Made by a program: the position numbers and the translations under genes. A stretch of 64,000 nucleotides of DNA from Bacteroidota bacterium. Lineage in GTDB: Bacteria > Bacteroidota > Bacteroidia > Bacteroidales > FEN-979. Positions 20,465-29,575 of the stretch are shown here, in pieces; within the stretch, counting starts at the first letter, position 1; each line of letters starts with the position of its first letter. The stretch spans positions 865 to 64,864 of the forward strand of contig JAPLDL010000016.1 in NCBI GenBank assembly GCA_026391735.1. Reading direction: 5' to 3'. Under the pieces are notes generated by a model. The model was not told the origin of the DNA. It ran no database searches and was given only the letters and a program-made list of their open reading frames with translations.

Positions 20465-21487
20465 ATGACTGCTATAGATTGGAAAAACCTGCCTTTCGGT
20501 TATTTTAAAACCGATTTCAATGTTCGTGCTTACTGGAAAGACGGCAAATGGAGTGAACTGGAAGTCACCGATTCTGAATACATTAACATGCATATGGCTG
20601 CAACATGCCTTCATTACGGGCAGGAAGCATTTGAAGGACTCAAAGCCTTCACCGGCGTTGATGGCAAAATAAGGATTTTCAGGCTTGAGGAAAACTGCAA
20701 GCGTATAAATAATTCAGCCGTCGGCCTTATTATGCCTGAGATCCCGCTTGAGATGTTCAGGGAGGCTGTTTTAAAAGTGGTGCAATTGAATAAAAAGTAT
20801 ATCCCCCCTTATGGTGAAGGCGCATCGCTCTATATCCGTCCCATCCTGATAGGAACAGGCCCCGAGGTGGGAGTAAAACCTTCAAGGGAATATACTTTCC
20901 TGATTTTCGTCGGCCCTGTCGGCCCCTATTTCAAGGAAGGTTTTAACCCTGTCAAGATGCAGATCGTAAGGGATTTTGACCGTGCTGCTCCTCTTGGTAC
21001 CGGGCATATTAAAGTAGGCGGAAATTATGCAGCCAGTCTCCGTGCAGGTGTTCGCGCCCATGCTGAAGGCTTTTCTTCGTGTATTTTTCTTGATGCAAAG
21101 GAAAAGAAGTTTATCGATGAAGCCGGGCCCGCAAACTTTTTCGGGATCAAAGGCGATACGTATATCACTCCAAATTCACATTCAATCCTGCCTTCAATCA
21201 CAAACATGTCGCTGCGCACCATTGCACATGATATCGGGATGAAAGTTGAACTAAGGCCTGTACCTGTTGAGGAACTTGCCGAATTTGATGAAGTTGGCGC
21301 CTGTGGCACGGCTGCAGTGATCTCTCCGATCTGTTCAATCCATGACAGGGATTCCGACAAGGTGTACCAGTTTTGCAAGGACGGCAAGGCAGGCGAGGTA
21401 TCGCTAAGACTTTATACAATACTCAGGGATATCCAAGACGGCAAGATCCCCGATAAGTTTCAATGGATCACTTTTGTGGGGGATTAA
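20465..21487 (+). CDS. ilvE: branched-chain amino acid aminotransferase
   Basis: 340 aa, fold-type IV PLP enzyme with LHYGQEAFEGLKAF and GNYAASL blocks. Confidence 0.92.
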   Translation: MTAIDWKNLPFGYFKTDFNVRAYWKDGKWSELEVTDSEYINMHMAATCLHYGQEAFEGLKAFTGVDGKIRIFRLEENCKRINNSAVGLIMPEIPLEMFREAVLKVVQLNKKYIPPYGEGASLYIRPILIGTGPEVGVKPSREYTFLIFVGPVGPYFKEGFNPVKMQIVRDFDRAAPLGTGHIKVGGNYAASLRAGVRAHAEGFSSCIFLDAKEKKFIDEAGPANFFGIKGDTYITPNSHSILPSITNMSLRTIAHDIGMKVELRPVPVEELAEFDEVGACGTAAVISPICSIHDRDSDKVYQFCKDGKAGEVSLRLYTILRDIQDGKIPDKFQWITFVGD

Positions 21488-21492
21488 GGAAT

Positions 21493-21540
21493 CTTATCAG
21501 ACATCTGATATCAGATATCAGATGTCTGATGTCTGATAAG
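21493..21540. terminator. palindromic heptamer-repeat hairpin (bidirectional terminator candidate)
   Basis: cttatcagacatctgatatc / gatatcagatgtctgat..gtctgataag is a near-perfect palindrome between convergent ilvE and pyrF. Its right half encodes the last residues of pyrF (HQTSDI). Confidence 0.6.
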
Positions 21541-22359
21541 AAGTTCACTCATTTCTTTTTGCATCTTTCCTGCTTCTTCCCTTGCTTTTTCTGCAAAATC
21601 GGCGCCGTTTGAGGCATAGATTATATTCCGGCTCGAATTCACAAGCAGTCCGCAGTCCTTCGTAAGGCCATGTTTTGCGACTTCCTGAAGACTTCCGCCC
21701 TGGGCTCCCACCCCTGGTACCAGCAGAAAATGATCAGGAACTATTTCCCTGATATCGGCCAGCATCTCTGCTTTGGTAGCACCAACAACATACATCATAT
21801 TCTCGCTGCTGCCCCATTTTTGGGAACGGATGAGGACCTGTTCAAACAGCCTGGTATCCTGGCTTGTTAAGAACTGGAAATCTTCCGCACCTTTATTCGA
21901 TGTGAGGGCAAGCACAATGATCCATTTTTCCGGATAGGAAAGAAAGGGTTTTACTGAATCTTCTCCCATATAAGGAGCCACTGTAACGGCATCGAATTCA
22001 AGGCCTGAAGAAGCTTTGTCGAACATTGCCCTGGCATATTGCTGGGATGTGTTCCCGATGTCACCCCTTTTGGCATCGGCAATGGTAAAGACTTGTGCAG
22101 GGTAAGTATTATTAATATAGGTAATGGTTTTAGTCAGGCTTTGCCAGCCTTTTATTCCATAACATTCATAAAATGCAAAGTTCGGTTTATATGCTGCAGC
22201 AAGGTCAATCGTGGCATCAATGATGGCTTTATTGAATTCAAAGATGGGATCTTCAAGATCTTTCAGATGGACCGGGATTTTGCTGATATCGGTATCCAGC
22301 CCGATGCACAGAAAGGATTTTTTACGGCGGATAAGGCTGATGAGGTCTTGTCGGTTCAT
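21511..22359 (-). CDS. pyrF: orotidine-5'-phosphate decarboxylase (type 2)
   Basis: 282 aa with [24 protein letters not shown] and [11 protein letters not shown] motifs. Confidence 0.9.
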   Translation of the reverse strand: MNRQDLISLIRRKKSFLCIGLDTDISKIPVHLKDLEDPIFEFNKAIIDATIDLAAAYKPNFAFYECYGIKGWQSLTKTITYINNTYPAQVFTIADAKRGDIGNTSQQYARAMFDKASSGLEFDAVTVAPYMGEDSVKPFLSYPEKWIIVLALTSNKGAEDFQFLTSQDTRLFEQVLIRSQKWGSSENMMYVVGATKAEMLADIREIVPDHFLLVPGVGAQGGSLQEVAKHGLTKDCGLLVNSSRNIIYASNGADFAEKAREEAGKMQKEMSELLIRHQTSDI

Positions 22360-22365
22360 GTCAAT

Positions 22366-22433
22366 TTATGAATTATGAATTACAAATTACAAATGCTGAC
22401 CTATTTGGACATTGTACATTGTACATTGTACAT
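22366..22433. repeat. two heptamer tandem arrays (TTATGAA x2, TTACAAA x2; ACATTGT x3)
   Basis: Direct reading of the pyrF-prfA intergenic spacer. Confidence 0.85.
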
Positions 22434-22437
22434 CTTT

Positions 22438-23508
22438 TCAGCTTACCGCTTCCTTCAGCCTCTCGGCATTCTCGGCCAGCTGCAGCGCATCTATCAGGGG
22501 CTGAACGGCCCCGTCGAGAACCACGGGAAGGTTGTAAATGGTCATATTGATGCGGTGGTCTGTAACACGGCTCTGGGCATAATTATAGGTACGGATCTTC
22601 GCAGAGCGGTCTCCGGTTGAAACCATGGTCTTGCGCTTCTTGGAGATCTCATCCAGATACTTCTGGTGTTCCATCTCGTAAAGCCTTGTCCTGAGCACCT
22701 TCATGGCCTTTTCAAAATTCTTCATCTGGGATTTTTCATCCTGGCAGATTACAACGATGCCCGAAGGAACGTGAGTAAGGCGGATAGCCGAATACGTTGT
22801 ATTAACGCTCTGTCCTCCCGGACCGGATGCACAATAGGTGTCCTTTCGAACATCGCTTGGTTTGACCTCTACGTCAAACTCATCAGCTTCAGGCAATACA
22901 GCAACAGTTGCAGCAGATGTATGTACACGGCCCTGGGTTTCGGTCTGGGGAACACGCTGAACCCGGTGAACCCCCGATTCGTATTTCATCTGGCCGTAGG
23001 CTCCGTCGCCAACAACGTTGAAAATAATTTCCTTGAACCCACCCATGGTGCCTTCCGAGAAATCTATCAGGTCAATCTTCCAGCGCTTAGTTTCGCAATA
23101 TTTTGTGTACATACGGTAAAGGTCGCCGGCAAAAATACTGGCTTCGTCACCGCCTGTGCCGGCCCTGATCTCTACAACTGCATTCTTCCCGTCCTCAGGA
23201 TCGGCTGGTATAAGCATCATTCTAACATCCTCTTCCAGCTTCTCTTTTTCGTTGTTCAGGGATTCCATTTCTTCCTTGGCCATCGCACGGAATTCCTCAT
23301 CCTTTTCATTGTAAAGGATCTCTTTTGCATTGTCAAAGTTCGCAAGAATATTTTTATACCGTTCATAGGCTTCCATGATCGGTGTAAGTTCCTTAAAATC
23401 CTTATTCAGCTTGATGAAGCGTTTCATGTCGTTGATCACAGCAGGATCACTCATTTCCTTTTGAATGTCATCGAACTTCAGTTTTATCGCTTCAAGTTTA
23501 TCGAGCAT
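22438..23508 (-). CDS. prfA: peptide chain release factor 1
   Basis: 356 aa with the PQTETQGR (PxT-type) stop-codon recognition motif and the [14 protein letters not shown] motif. Confidence 0.96.
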   Translation of the reverse strand: MLDKLEAIKLKFDDIQKEMSDPAVINDMKRFIKLNKDFKELTPIMEAYERYKNILANFDNAKEILYNEKDEEFRAMAKEEMESLNNEKEKLEEDVRMMLIPADPEDGKNAVVEIRAGTGGDEASIFAGDLYRMYTKYCETKRWKIDLIDFSEGTMGGFKEIIFNVVGDGAYGQMKYESGVHRVQRVPQTETQGRVHTSAATVAVLPEADEFDVEVKPSDVRKDTYCASGPGGQSVNTTYSAIRLTHVPSGIVVICQDEKSQMKNFEKAMKVLRTRLYEMEHQKYLDEISKKRKTMVSTGDRSAKIRTYNYAQSRVTDHRINMTIYNLPVVLDGAVQPLIDALQLAENAERLKEAVS

Positions 23509-23532
23509 ATTCTACACTCCTCGTTGGGGCTG

Positions 23533-23540
23533 CAAAGGTA
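23533..23540 (-). promoter_or_regulatory. -7 promoter box (TACCTTTG on minus strand) for prfA
   Basis: The reverse complement of caaaggta matches TAnnTTTG 25 nt upstream of the prfA start. Confidence 0.5.
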
Positions 23541-23643
23541 CGAAAAAATCTTAATTGTCGGCCGGAAAAGCTTAGCTACCTGGTGTTCAATTCGACAGAA
23601 ATTTAATTGAAAATTATTTTAACTTTATCCCAATTGAAGTTGT

Positions 23644-25800
23644 ATGCATAAATGGATATTTCTCCTGGCAGTGATCTTTGCCGGAGCATTGGTAAGTCTG
23701 AATGGTCAGAACAATAGTAACTTCGTGAATGTCTTCATTGGGACCGATGGCACGGGGCACACATTTCCCGGTCCCTCCATGCCCTTCGGGATGGTGCAAC
23801 CGGGACCGGATAACCAGGCCGAAGACTGGAACCACACCTGTGGTTACCAATACCGCGACACTTTGCTTGCCGGATTCTCACAGACCAGGCTAAGCGGGAC
23901 AGGCATAAGTGAACTTGGCGATATTCTATTGCTGCCTTACGTTCAAACACAACCTGAAAACCTGAGATTCCAGTATTTTAAAGATTCCGAGAAAGCCAAC
24001 CCGGGTTATTATACCTTAACAAAGAAAGACCGTGTAAAAGTCGAGCTGACCTGCACTGAGCGTGTTGCTTTTCACAGGTATACCTACCCGCTGGAAGATG
24101 TCTTATTATTGGTAGATCTGCAGCACGGCCTCAGGTTCCTTACCGACAGCCTCGTGCTCGACAGCGATGTAAAGATTGAAGACAGTCAAACGATTTCGGG
24201 TTACTGTCATAATAAAAACTGGGTGGAACGCAGATATTTCTTTGTCCTTAAAACCAGCAAACCATTTACGAAACCAGAACTGCTACCCAGGGCCGGAAAG
24301 GAGAATGCCCCGAAGTATATCCTCACTTTTAAACTGGATAAAACAAAGGTTCTCCTGGTCAAAGTCTCTTTATCTACTGTGGATGTGGGAGGTGCAAAGC
24401 TCAACCTTCAGACCGAAATGCCCGGCTGGGATTTCGACTTGGCGCATGAAAATGCGGCTAAAGCCTGGAACAGATACCTGGGCAGGATTGACATTGAAGC
24501 TGACAACCATACCAAAGAAATATTCTATACCTCCCTTTATCACTTTTTATTGCAGCCTTCAAACATTGCAGATTTAGACGGAAGGTACAGGGGGGCGGAT
24601 GATAAAATTGAAGTTGCACCAAACAAAGAATATTATTCCACCCTTTCGATTTGGGATATATACAGGGGTGCTTTTCCTTTGCTTGGGATCATTGTACCTG
24701 AAAAGATCAATGGGATCGTAAATTCATTGCTGCTTCACCATAAAGCGGCAGGATTTCTCCCGATATGGGCTGCATGGGGTAAGGATAATTACTGCATGAT
24801 AGGCAACCATGCCATACCCATGATCCTTTTTGCATACAATAACGGTTTCAGGGGATTTGACCCTGCCGAGGCACTCACTGCCATGGAGGAAACCTCAACC
24901 AAAAACCATATCAACTCAGACTGGGAACTTTATAATAAATATGGGTACTACCCATTTGATAAACTAAGCAACGAATCGGTTTCAAGAACCCTCGAGAGCG
25001 GTTATGATGACTGGTGTGTGGCAAGTATGGCGAAAGAACTGGGAGATAAAGTTATGACCGACAAGTTTTTCAGGAGAGCTTCTTATTACAAAAATCTTTA
25101 TGATCCTGCCAGCAGGCTATTCCGGGGCAGGGATACCCAGGGAAACTTCAGATCCCCTTTTGATCCACTGGCCGCGACTTCTCCCATGAACAATCCCGGG
25201 GACTATACTGAAGCCAATGCATGGCAGTACTTCTGGACCCCAGCCCAGTATGATGTTGAGGGCATCATTTCTCTACTTGGTGGTAAGGAAGCCTTTACAA
25301 AGCAACTTGATGACTTTTTTACCATCGAAGCAAAGAATCCTGATAAATTCCTGGGGCAGGAAGCCATGATCGGGCAGTATGCACATGGAAATGAGCCAGA
25401 TCATCATGTTATTTATCTATATGCTTATTCAACCAGGCCTGAAACAGGTCAAAAATACATTCATCGCATCATTACCCAATTTCATAAAAACACACCCGAC
25501 GGAATGATTGGCAATGATGATTGCGGACAGATGTCGGCCTGGTACATCCTGTCATCCCTTGGATTCTTCCCGGTTAATCCGGCAAGTAGCGAGTTTGTCC
25601 TTGGTGCTCCACAGATCAGAAAATCAACAATTCACCTTGCCAATGGAAGGAATTTTATTGTTGAAGCCAAAGCTCTTTCGACTCAAAACATATTCGTTGA
25701 AAAGACTATGCTCAATGGTAAGACACTTCAGGCTGCCTTTATTAAATACGAACAGATAATTAAGGGTGGAAATCTTATTTTTGAAATGACGGATAAATGA
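23644..25800 (+). CDS. GH92 family glycoside hydrolase (alpha-mannosidase-like)
   Basis: Signal peptide, then VNVFIGTDGTGHTFPGPSMPFGMVQPGPD and later GNEPDHH and DDCGQMSAWY blocks typical of GH92. Confidence 0.9.
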   Translation: MHKWIFLLAVIFAGALVSLNGQNNSNFVNVFIGTDGTGHTFPGPSMPFGMVQPGPDNQAEDWNHTCGYQYRDTLLAGFSQTRLSGTGISELGDILLLPYVQTQPENLRFQYFKDSEKANPGYYTLTKKDRVKVELTCTERVAFHRYTYPLEDVLLLVDLQHGLRFLTDSLVLDSDVKIEDSQTISGYCHNKNWVERRYFFVLKTSKPFTKPELLPRAGKENAPKYILTFKLDKTKVLLVKVSLSTVDVGGAKLNLQTEMPGWDFDLAHENAAKAWNRYLGRIDIEADNHTKEIFYTSLYHFLLQPSNIADLDGRYRGADDKIEVAPNKEYYSTLSIWDIYRGAFPLLGIIVPEKINGIVNSLLLHHKAAGFLPIWAAWGKDNYCMIGNHAIPMILFAYNNGFRGFDPAEALTAMEETSTKNHINSDWELYNKYGYYPFDKLSNESVSRTLESGYDDWCVASMAKELGDKVMTDKFFRRASYYKNLYDPASRLFRGRDTQGNFRSPFDPLAATSPMNNPGDYTEANAWQYFWTPAQYDVEGIISLLGGKEAFTKQLDDFFTIEAKNPDKFLGQEAMIGQYAHGNEPDHHVIYLYAYSTRPETGQKYIHRIITQFHKNTPDGMIGNDDCGQMSAWYILSSLGFFPVNPASSEFVLGAPQIRKSTIHLANGRNFIVEAKALSTQNIFVEKTMLNGKTLQAAFIKYEQIIKGGNLIFEMTDK

Positions 25801-25816
25801 CAGGGGCTTAAGTTTT

Positions 25817-26986
25817 TTAGTACACGAACGTTCCCTGGTCCGACACAATGGTGAGTTTCTCTTTTCCCGGGGCTTCCACACGCCCGATCACCTTTGCCTC
25901 AAGGTTAAAGAATCCGGCGATTTCGATCAGCTTTGGAGCGATATTTCCCGGTACATAAAGTTCCATCCTGTGCCCCATATTGAATACCCGGTACATTTCT
26001 TTCCAGTCAGTTCCAGACTGCTTCTGTATCAGCCTGAACAAAGGCGGGACAGGGAAAAGATTATCCTTAACCACATGAAGTTTATCAATAAAATGCAAGA
26101 CCTTGGTTTGCCCGCCTCCGCTGCAATGGACCATGCCGTGAACGTCGCTCCTGAAATTCTCCAGTATTTTTTTTACCACCGGAGCATAGGTGCGGGTAGG
26201 GGAGAGTATCAGTTTGCCTGTATTTACTCCCTCTATTTCAGAAGGTTCTAGAAGACTTTTATTGCCTGAATATACAAGATCTTCCGGGATAGAAGGGTCG
26301 AAACTCTCAGGAAAAGCGCCTGCGTATTTTTTTGAGAACACATCATGCCTGGCGGATGTGAGTCCGTTGCTGCCCATCCCACCGTTATATTCTCTTTCAT
26401 AGGTTGTTTGTCCGGCGGATGCAAGCCCCACGATCAGGTCACCGGCTTGTATGCGGGAATTGTCAATGACTTCGCTGCGCCTCATCCGGCAGCAAACAGT
26501 AGAATCAACAATAATTGTACGTACGAGATCACCCACATCGGCTGTTTCGCCTCCGGTAGACCATATTCCGATGCCATGTGAGCGCATGGATTCAAGGAAT
26601 TCCTCGGTACCGTTGATGATCTCAGCGATCACTTCGCCGGTGATAAGGTTTTTGTTCCTTCCTATGGTCGAAGAAAGCAGGATGTTGTCTGTAGCCCCAA
26701 CGCAAAGCAGGTCGTCGAGGTTCATGACCACGGCATCCTGTGCTATGCCTCTCCATACCGAGAAGTCTCCGGTTTCTTTCCAGTAGAGATAGGCGAGTGA
26801 GGATTTGGTGCCGGCCCCGTCGGCATGCATGATGTTGCACCATTCGTCCTGCCCGCCGAGGATATCAGGGATTATCTTGCAAAAAGCTTTGGGGAACAGA
26901 CCTTTATCAAGATCTTTAATAGCTGAGTGTACATCTTCCTTCTGCGAAGAAACACCTCTCTGATCATATCTTGACTGATCGTTCAT
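25817..26986 (-). CDS. purM: phosphoribosylformylglycinamidine cyclo-ligase (AIR synthase)
   Basis: 389 aa with YDQRGVSSQKEDVH, the ADGAGTKS PurM N-domain block and the C-terminal HCSGGGQTK block typical of the long Bacteroidetes PurM. Confidence 0.9.
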   Translation of the reverse strand: MNDQSRYDQRGVSSQKEDVHSAIKDLDKGLFPKAFCKIIPDILGGQDEWCNIMHADGAGTKSSLAYLYWKETGDFSVWRGIAQDAVVMNLDDLLCVGATDNILLSSTIGRNKNLITGEVIAEIINGTEEFLESMRSHGIGIWSTGGETADVGDLVRTIIVDSTVCCRMRRSEVIDNSRIQAGDLIVGLASAGQTTYEREYNGGMGSNGLTSARHDVFSKKYAGAFPESFDPSIPEDLVYSGNKSLLEPSEIEGVNTGKLILSPTRTYAPVVKKILENFRSDVHGMVHCSGGGQTKVLHFIDKLHVVKDNLFPVPPLFRLIQKQSGTDWKEMYRVFNMGHRMELYVPGNIAPKLIEIAGFFNLEAKVIGRVEAPGKEKLTIVSDQGTFVY

Positions 26987-26989
26987 AAG

Positions 26990-29440
26990 TTAATCAAAGA
27001 TCAGCTGTCCTTTGGCATCGTCAATTTTGAAAACTCCGAATTTCTTCAGGGTGTTTTCACCGAAAACAAAGGTTCCGTGGGCCTTGCTGTTCACGATTAC
27101 TTTAAGGTCTTTTACGGTATTCCTGGCAATGCGGACTTCTTTCAGAGTTATGACGGCTTTCTCGCTGATGGTTTTCTCCTGGATCAGCTTGGCCGGATCT
27201 CCTTCGAAATCGTTCTTGTCGATCACTCCTTCTTTCAGGAACTGGAAAGCCTGGGCAGCTGTGATGAATAAATCCTTTTCGGAAGGGTCATAAGTAAATG
27301 CTGTGCTGATGCCGTTGATGAAACAGAAACCCGAGTAGGAGCCTTCTTTCAGTTTGGTCATTGGTATTCCATTGACTTCAGGCGCAACCACAACTTCTAC
27401 CTTCGGAGCGACAGGTGCGCCAGAAACCTTGGTTTTGGGAATATAATCATTGCGCAATATAGTGAACTCGGTGCGGCGGTTAAGCTGATGAGCGGCTTCC
27501 TTGACAGCATTGCTGGGAAGAAGGTTGATAATCGAATCGGTCAGCACAGTCCCTGCAGGAAAAGTATAGCCTTCCTTTGTTACTTCTTTGGCCAGAGTCC
27601 TGGGCACTCTTTCACCGTACCCTTTTGCCACCAGGCGGTCAGGATCAATACCCCTGGATATCAGGTAATCAACAACACTCTGGGCGCGTTTCTGTGAAAG
27701 TATATCATTGCGTTCTTCGCTGTCCCTGGAGTCGGTATAAGCGGCAAGTTCGATCACGATAGTTTCATTCGCATCCAGGGTTTCGATCAACCCCTGGAGA
27801 GAATCCTGGTACTGGGGTTTGAGATCCCATTTGGCCAGGTCGTAAAGTATATCGGGAAGCACTACAGGCTTTTTAGGGATGGGTCTCAGTACGAAATTAC
27901 GGGTAAGATCTTTGCCCTTCTCAAGGCCAACCGTTGTTTCCCGGCCTTTTTCGTTGAAATAATCCTTCTTTGTAACCAGAATGTCATAAGTCGTATTGGC
28001 TGTGATCTGCATTTTATTGAAACTGTAATGCCCTTTCTCGTCGGTATTGTATTTAAATATCCGGCCATTGGTCCCGGTCGCCCTTACTTCGGCGCCCTGG
28101 ACAGGAAGAAGCGAACGATCGTCGGTTACAGTCCCTTCCAGGGTATAATAAATAGGAGGGATAACAAAGGAATATATGTCGTCACGGCCTTTTCCTCCCG
28201 GCCTGTTTGATGTAAACAAACCTTCTTCTGACTCTTCGGCATTGAAGACAATAGCCAGGTCATCGGCCGGAGAGTTGATAGGAGACTTCATGTTTTCAGG
28301 TATGCTCCATTTCCCTTTGCTGTATACTGAAACGAAAATATCCATTCCCCCCATTCCGGGCAGACCATCGGAAGCAAAATACAAGACACTGTCATTTCTT
28401 ATAAAGGGGAACAATTCGTTGCCGGGAGTATTTATCACCGGACCAAGGTTTTCCTTAATCCACTTTCCGCCTTTTTTGCTTGCTCTCCAAATATCTTTTC
28501 CTCCCACACCTCCCGGAAGCTCGGCTGAGAAATAAATCACGTCGGAGCTGGAGACCGAAGGATGCCCGTAAACGCTGGTACTGTCACCCCCAAGTTCTAC
28601 TTTTTCGGGATCACTCCAATTGCTTGTCCCTGTGCGGCTTGCAACAAATATCTGGCAGCCGTTCTTTTTTTTGGAATCATTATAGCAACGGGTAAAATAG
28701 AAATGTGAGAATTTAGGATCAAACTGTCCTACCCCGTCATTGGTTTTAGTGTTGATCATACCGGCCTGATCGGCAAGTATAGGCTTGCTCCATTCCTGTT
28801 TACGATCTTTCCTGGCAAAATAAAAATCCGAAAATTTCAGGCCGGTCCAGTTATCAATGTCTTTGCCATTTGAAGCATCACGGTCGGAAGTGAAAATAAT
28901 AGAACCGAACTTCCTGTCGGCATAAGCCGGCGCAAAATCATCTTCCTTAGAGTTTAGAGCCTTTTCCCATTTGACCGTGTATTTAGTGGGATTTGCAATC
29001 CATTCCTTTGCAAGCTTGCAGGTTTGAATACCCTGTTCCCCCCTGGGATCCTTTGGTGCCAATTCCCTGTATGCCTGGTATTGTTTGACAGCTTCATCGT
29101 AGTTGCCGTTAGCTTTCAGAGCATTGGCATAATAAAGAAGAACCCGGGGTTCATCTTTAACGAATTTCACATTATTCAGAAGTCGTTTATAGGCAGTTTC
29201 AGCTTTCTTTGTATTGTTCATCATCCTGTAACATTCGGCAATACGGAAAGTGATCCGGTCACGTTCTGCTTTATTATTTTTGACCTTGGAAGAGGCTTTC
29301 TGGTATTTCTGAAGGGCAGTGAAGTACAACTGTTCGGAAAACGCATCATCGGCAGCTCTTGTAGCTTTCGTCTGAGCCAGTGATGGGATGGTTAAACAGA
29401 ATAAAGCAATCAGGCAGAGAAAATGGTTTTTCAGGTACAT
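26990..29440 (-). CDS. OmpA-family outer-membrane/peptidoglycan-associated protein with TPR, TolB-like propeller and a C-terminal extra domain
   Basis: Signal peptide, TPR-like N-terminus, WD40-like TolB repeats (FAPAYADRKFGSIIFTSDR...) and an OmpA_C block (LAAYTDSRDS...QKRAQSVVDYL...NRRTEFTIL). A further ~150-aa C-terminal domain follows. Confidence 0.85.
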   Translation of the reverse strand: MYLKNHFLCLIALFCLTIPSLAQTKATRAADDAFSEQLYFTALQKYQKASSKVKNNKAERDRITFRIAECYRMMNNTKKAETAYKRLLNNVKFVKDEPRVLLYYANALKANGNYDEAVKQYQAYRELAPKDPRGEQGIQTCKLAKEWIANPTKYTVKWEKALNSKEDDFAPAYADRKFGSIIFTSDRDASNGKDIDNWTGLKFSDFYFARKDRKQEWSKPILADQAGMINTKTNDGVGQFDPKFSHFYFTRCYNDSKKKNGCQIFVASRTGTSNWSDPEKVELGGDSTSVYGHPSVSSSDVIYFSAELPGGVGGKDIWRASKKGGKWIKENLGPVINTPGNELFPFIRNDSVLYFASDGLPGMGGMDIFVSVYSKGKWSIPENMKSPINSPADDLAIVFNAEESEEGLFTSNRPGGKGRDDIYSFVIPPIYYTLEGTVTDDRSLLPVQGAEVRATGTNGRIFKYNTDEKGHYSFNKMQITANTTYDILVTKKDYFNEKGRETTVGLEKGKDLTRNFVLRPIPKKPVVLPDILYDLAKWDLKPQYQDSLQGLIETLDANETIVIELAAYTDSRDSEERNDILSQKRAQSVVDYLISRGIDPDRLVAKGYGERVPRTLAKEVTKEGYTFPAGTVLTDSIINLLPSNAVKEAAHQLNRRTEFTILRNDYIPKTKVSGAPVAPKVEVVVAPEVNGIPMTKLKEGSYSGFCFINGISTAFTYDPSEKDLFITAAQAFQFLKEGVIDKNDFEGDPAKLIQEKTISEKAVITLKEVRIARNTVKDLKVIVNSKAHGTFVFGENTLKKFGVFKIDDAKGQLIFD

Positions 29441-29508
29441 TACAGGATATTATTAGTAGCTGGAATAACGTACAAATATACAGAAAAGTGTGATTCAGCG
29501 CCTTCCGA

Positions 29509-29543
29509 AATAAAAAAGGCTGCCTTGAAAAAAGGCAGCCTTT
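29509..29543 (-). terminator. rho-independent terminator downstream of secDF
   Basis: The minus strand reads aaaggctgcc-tttttt-caa-ggcagcctttt followed by a T-run, 33 nt after the secDF stop. Confidence 0.7.
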
Positions 29544-29575
29544 GAGACTATATCTGATTATTAATAATTCTGAGA

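Noticed and set aside
22666-23610. 314-aa ORF on the + strand
   Set aside because: It is entirely antisense to prfA, which has unmistakable RF1 motifs. The product is low-complexity with no recognisable domain.
23509-23643. Possible small RNA or tRNA in the prfA/GH92 divergent spacer (and in other spacers longer than 100 nt)
   Set aside because: No cloverleaf-compatible sequence or conserved T-loop (GGTTCGAAT-like) was seen. The spacer is explained by divergent promoters.
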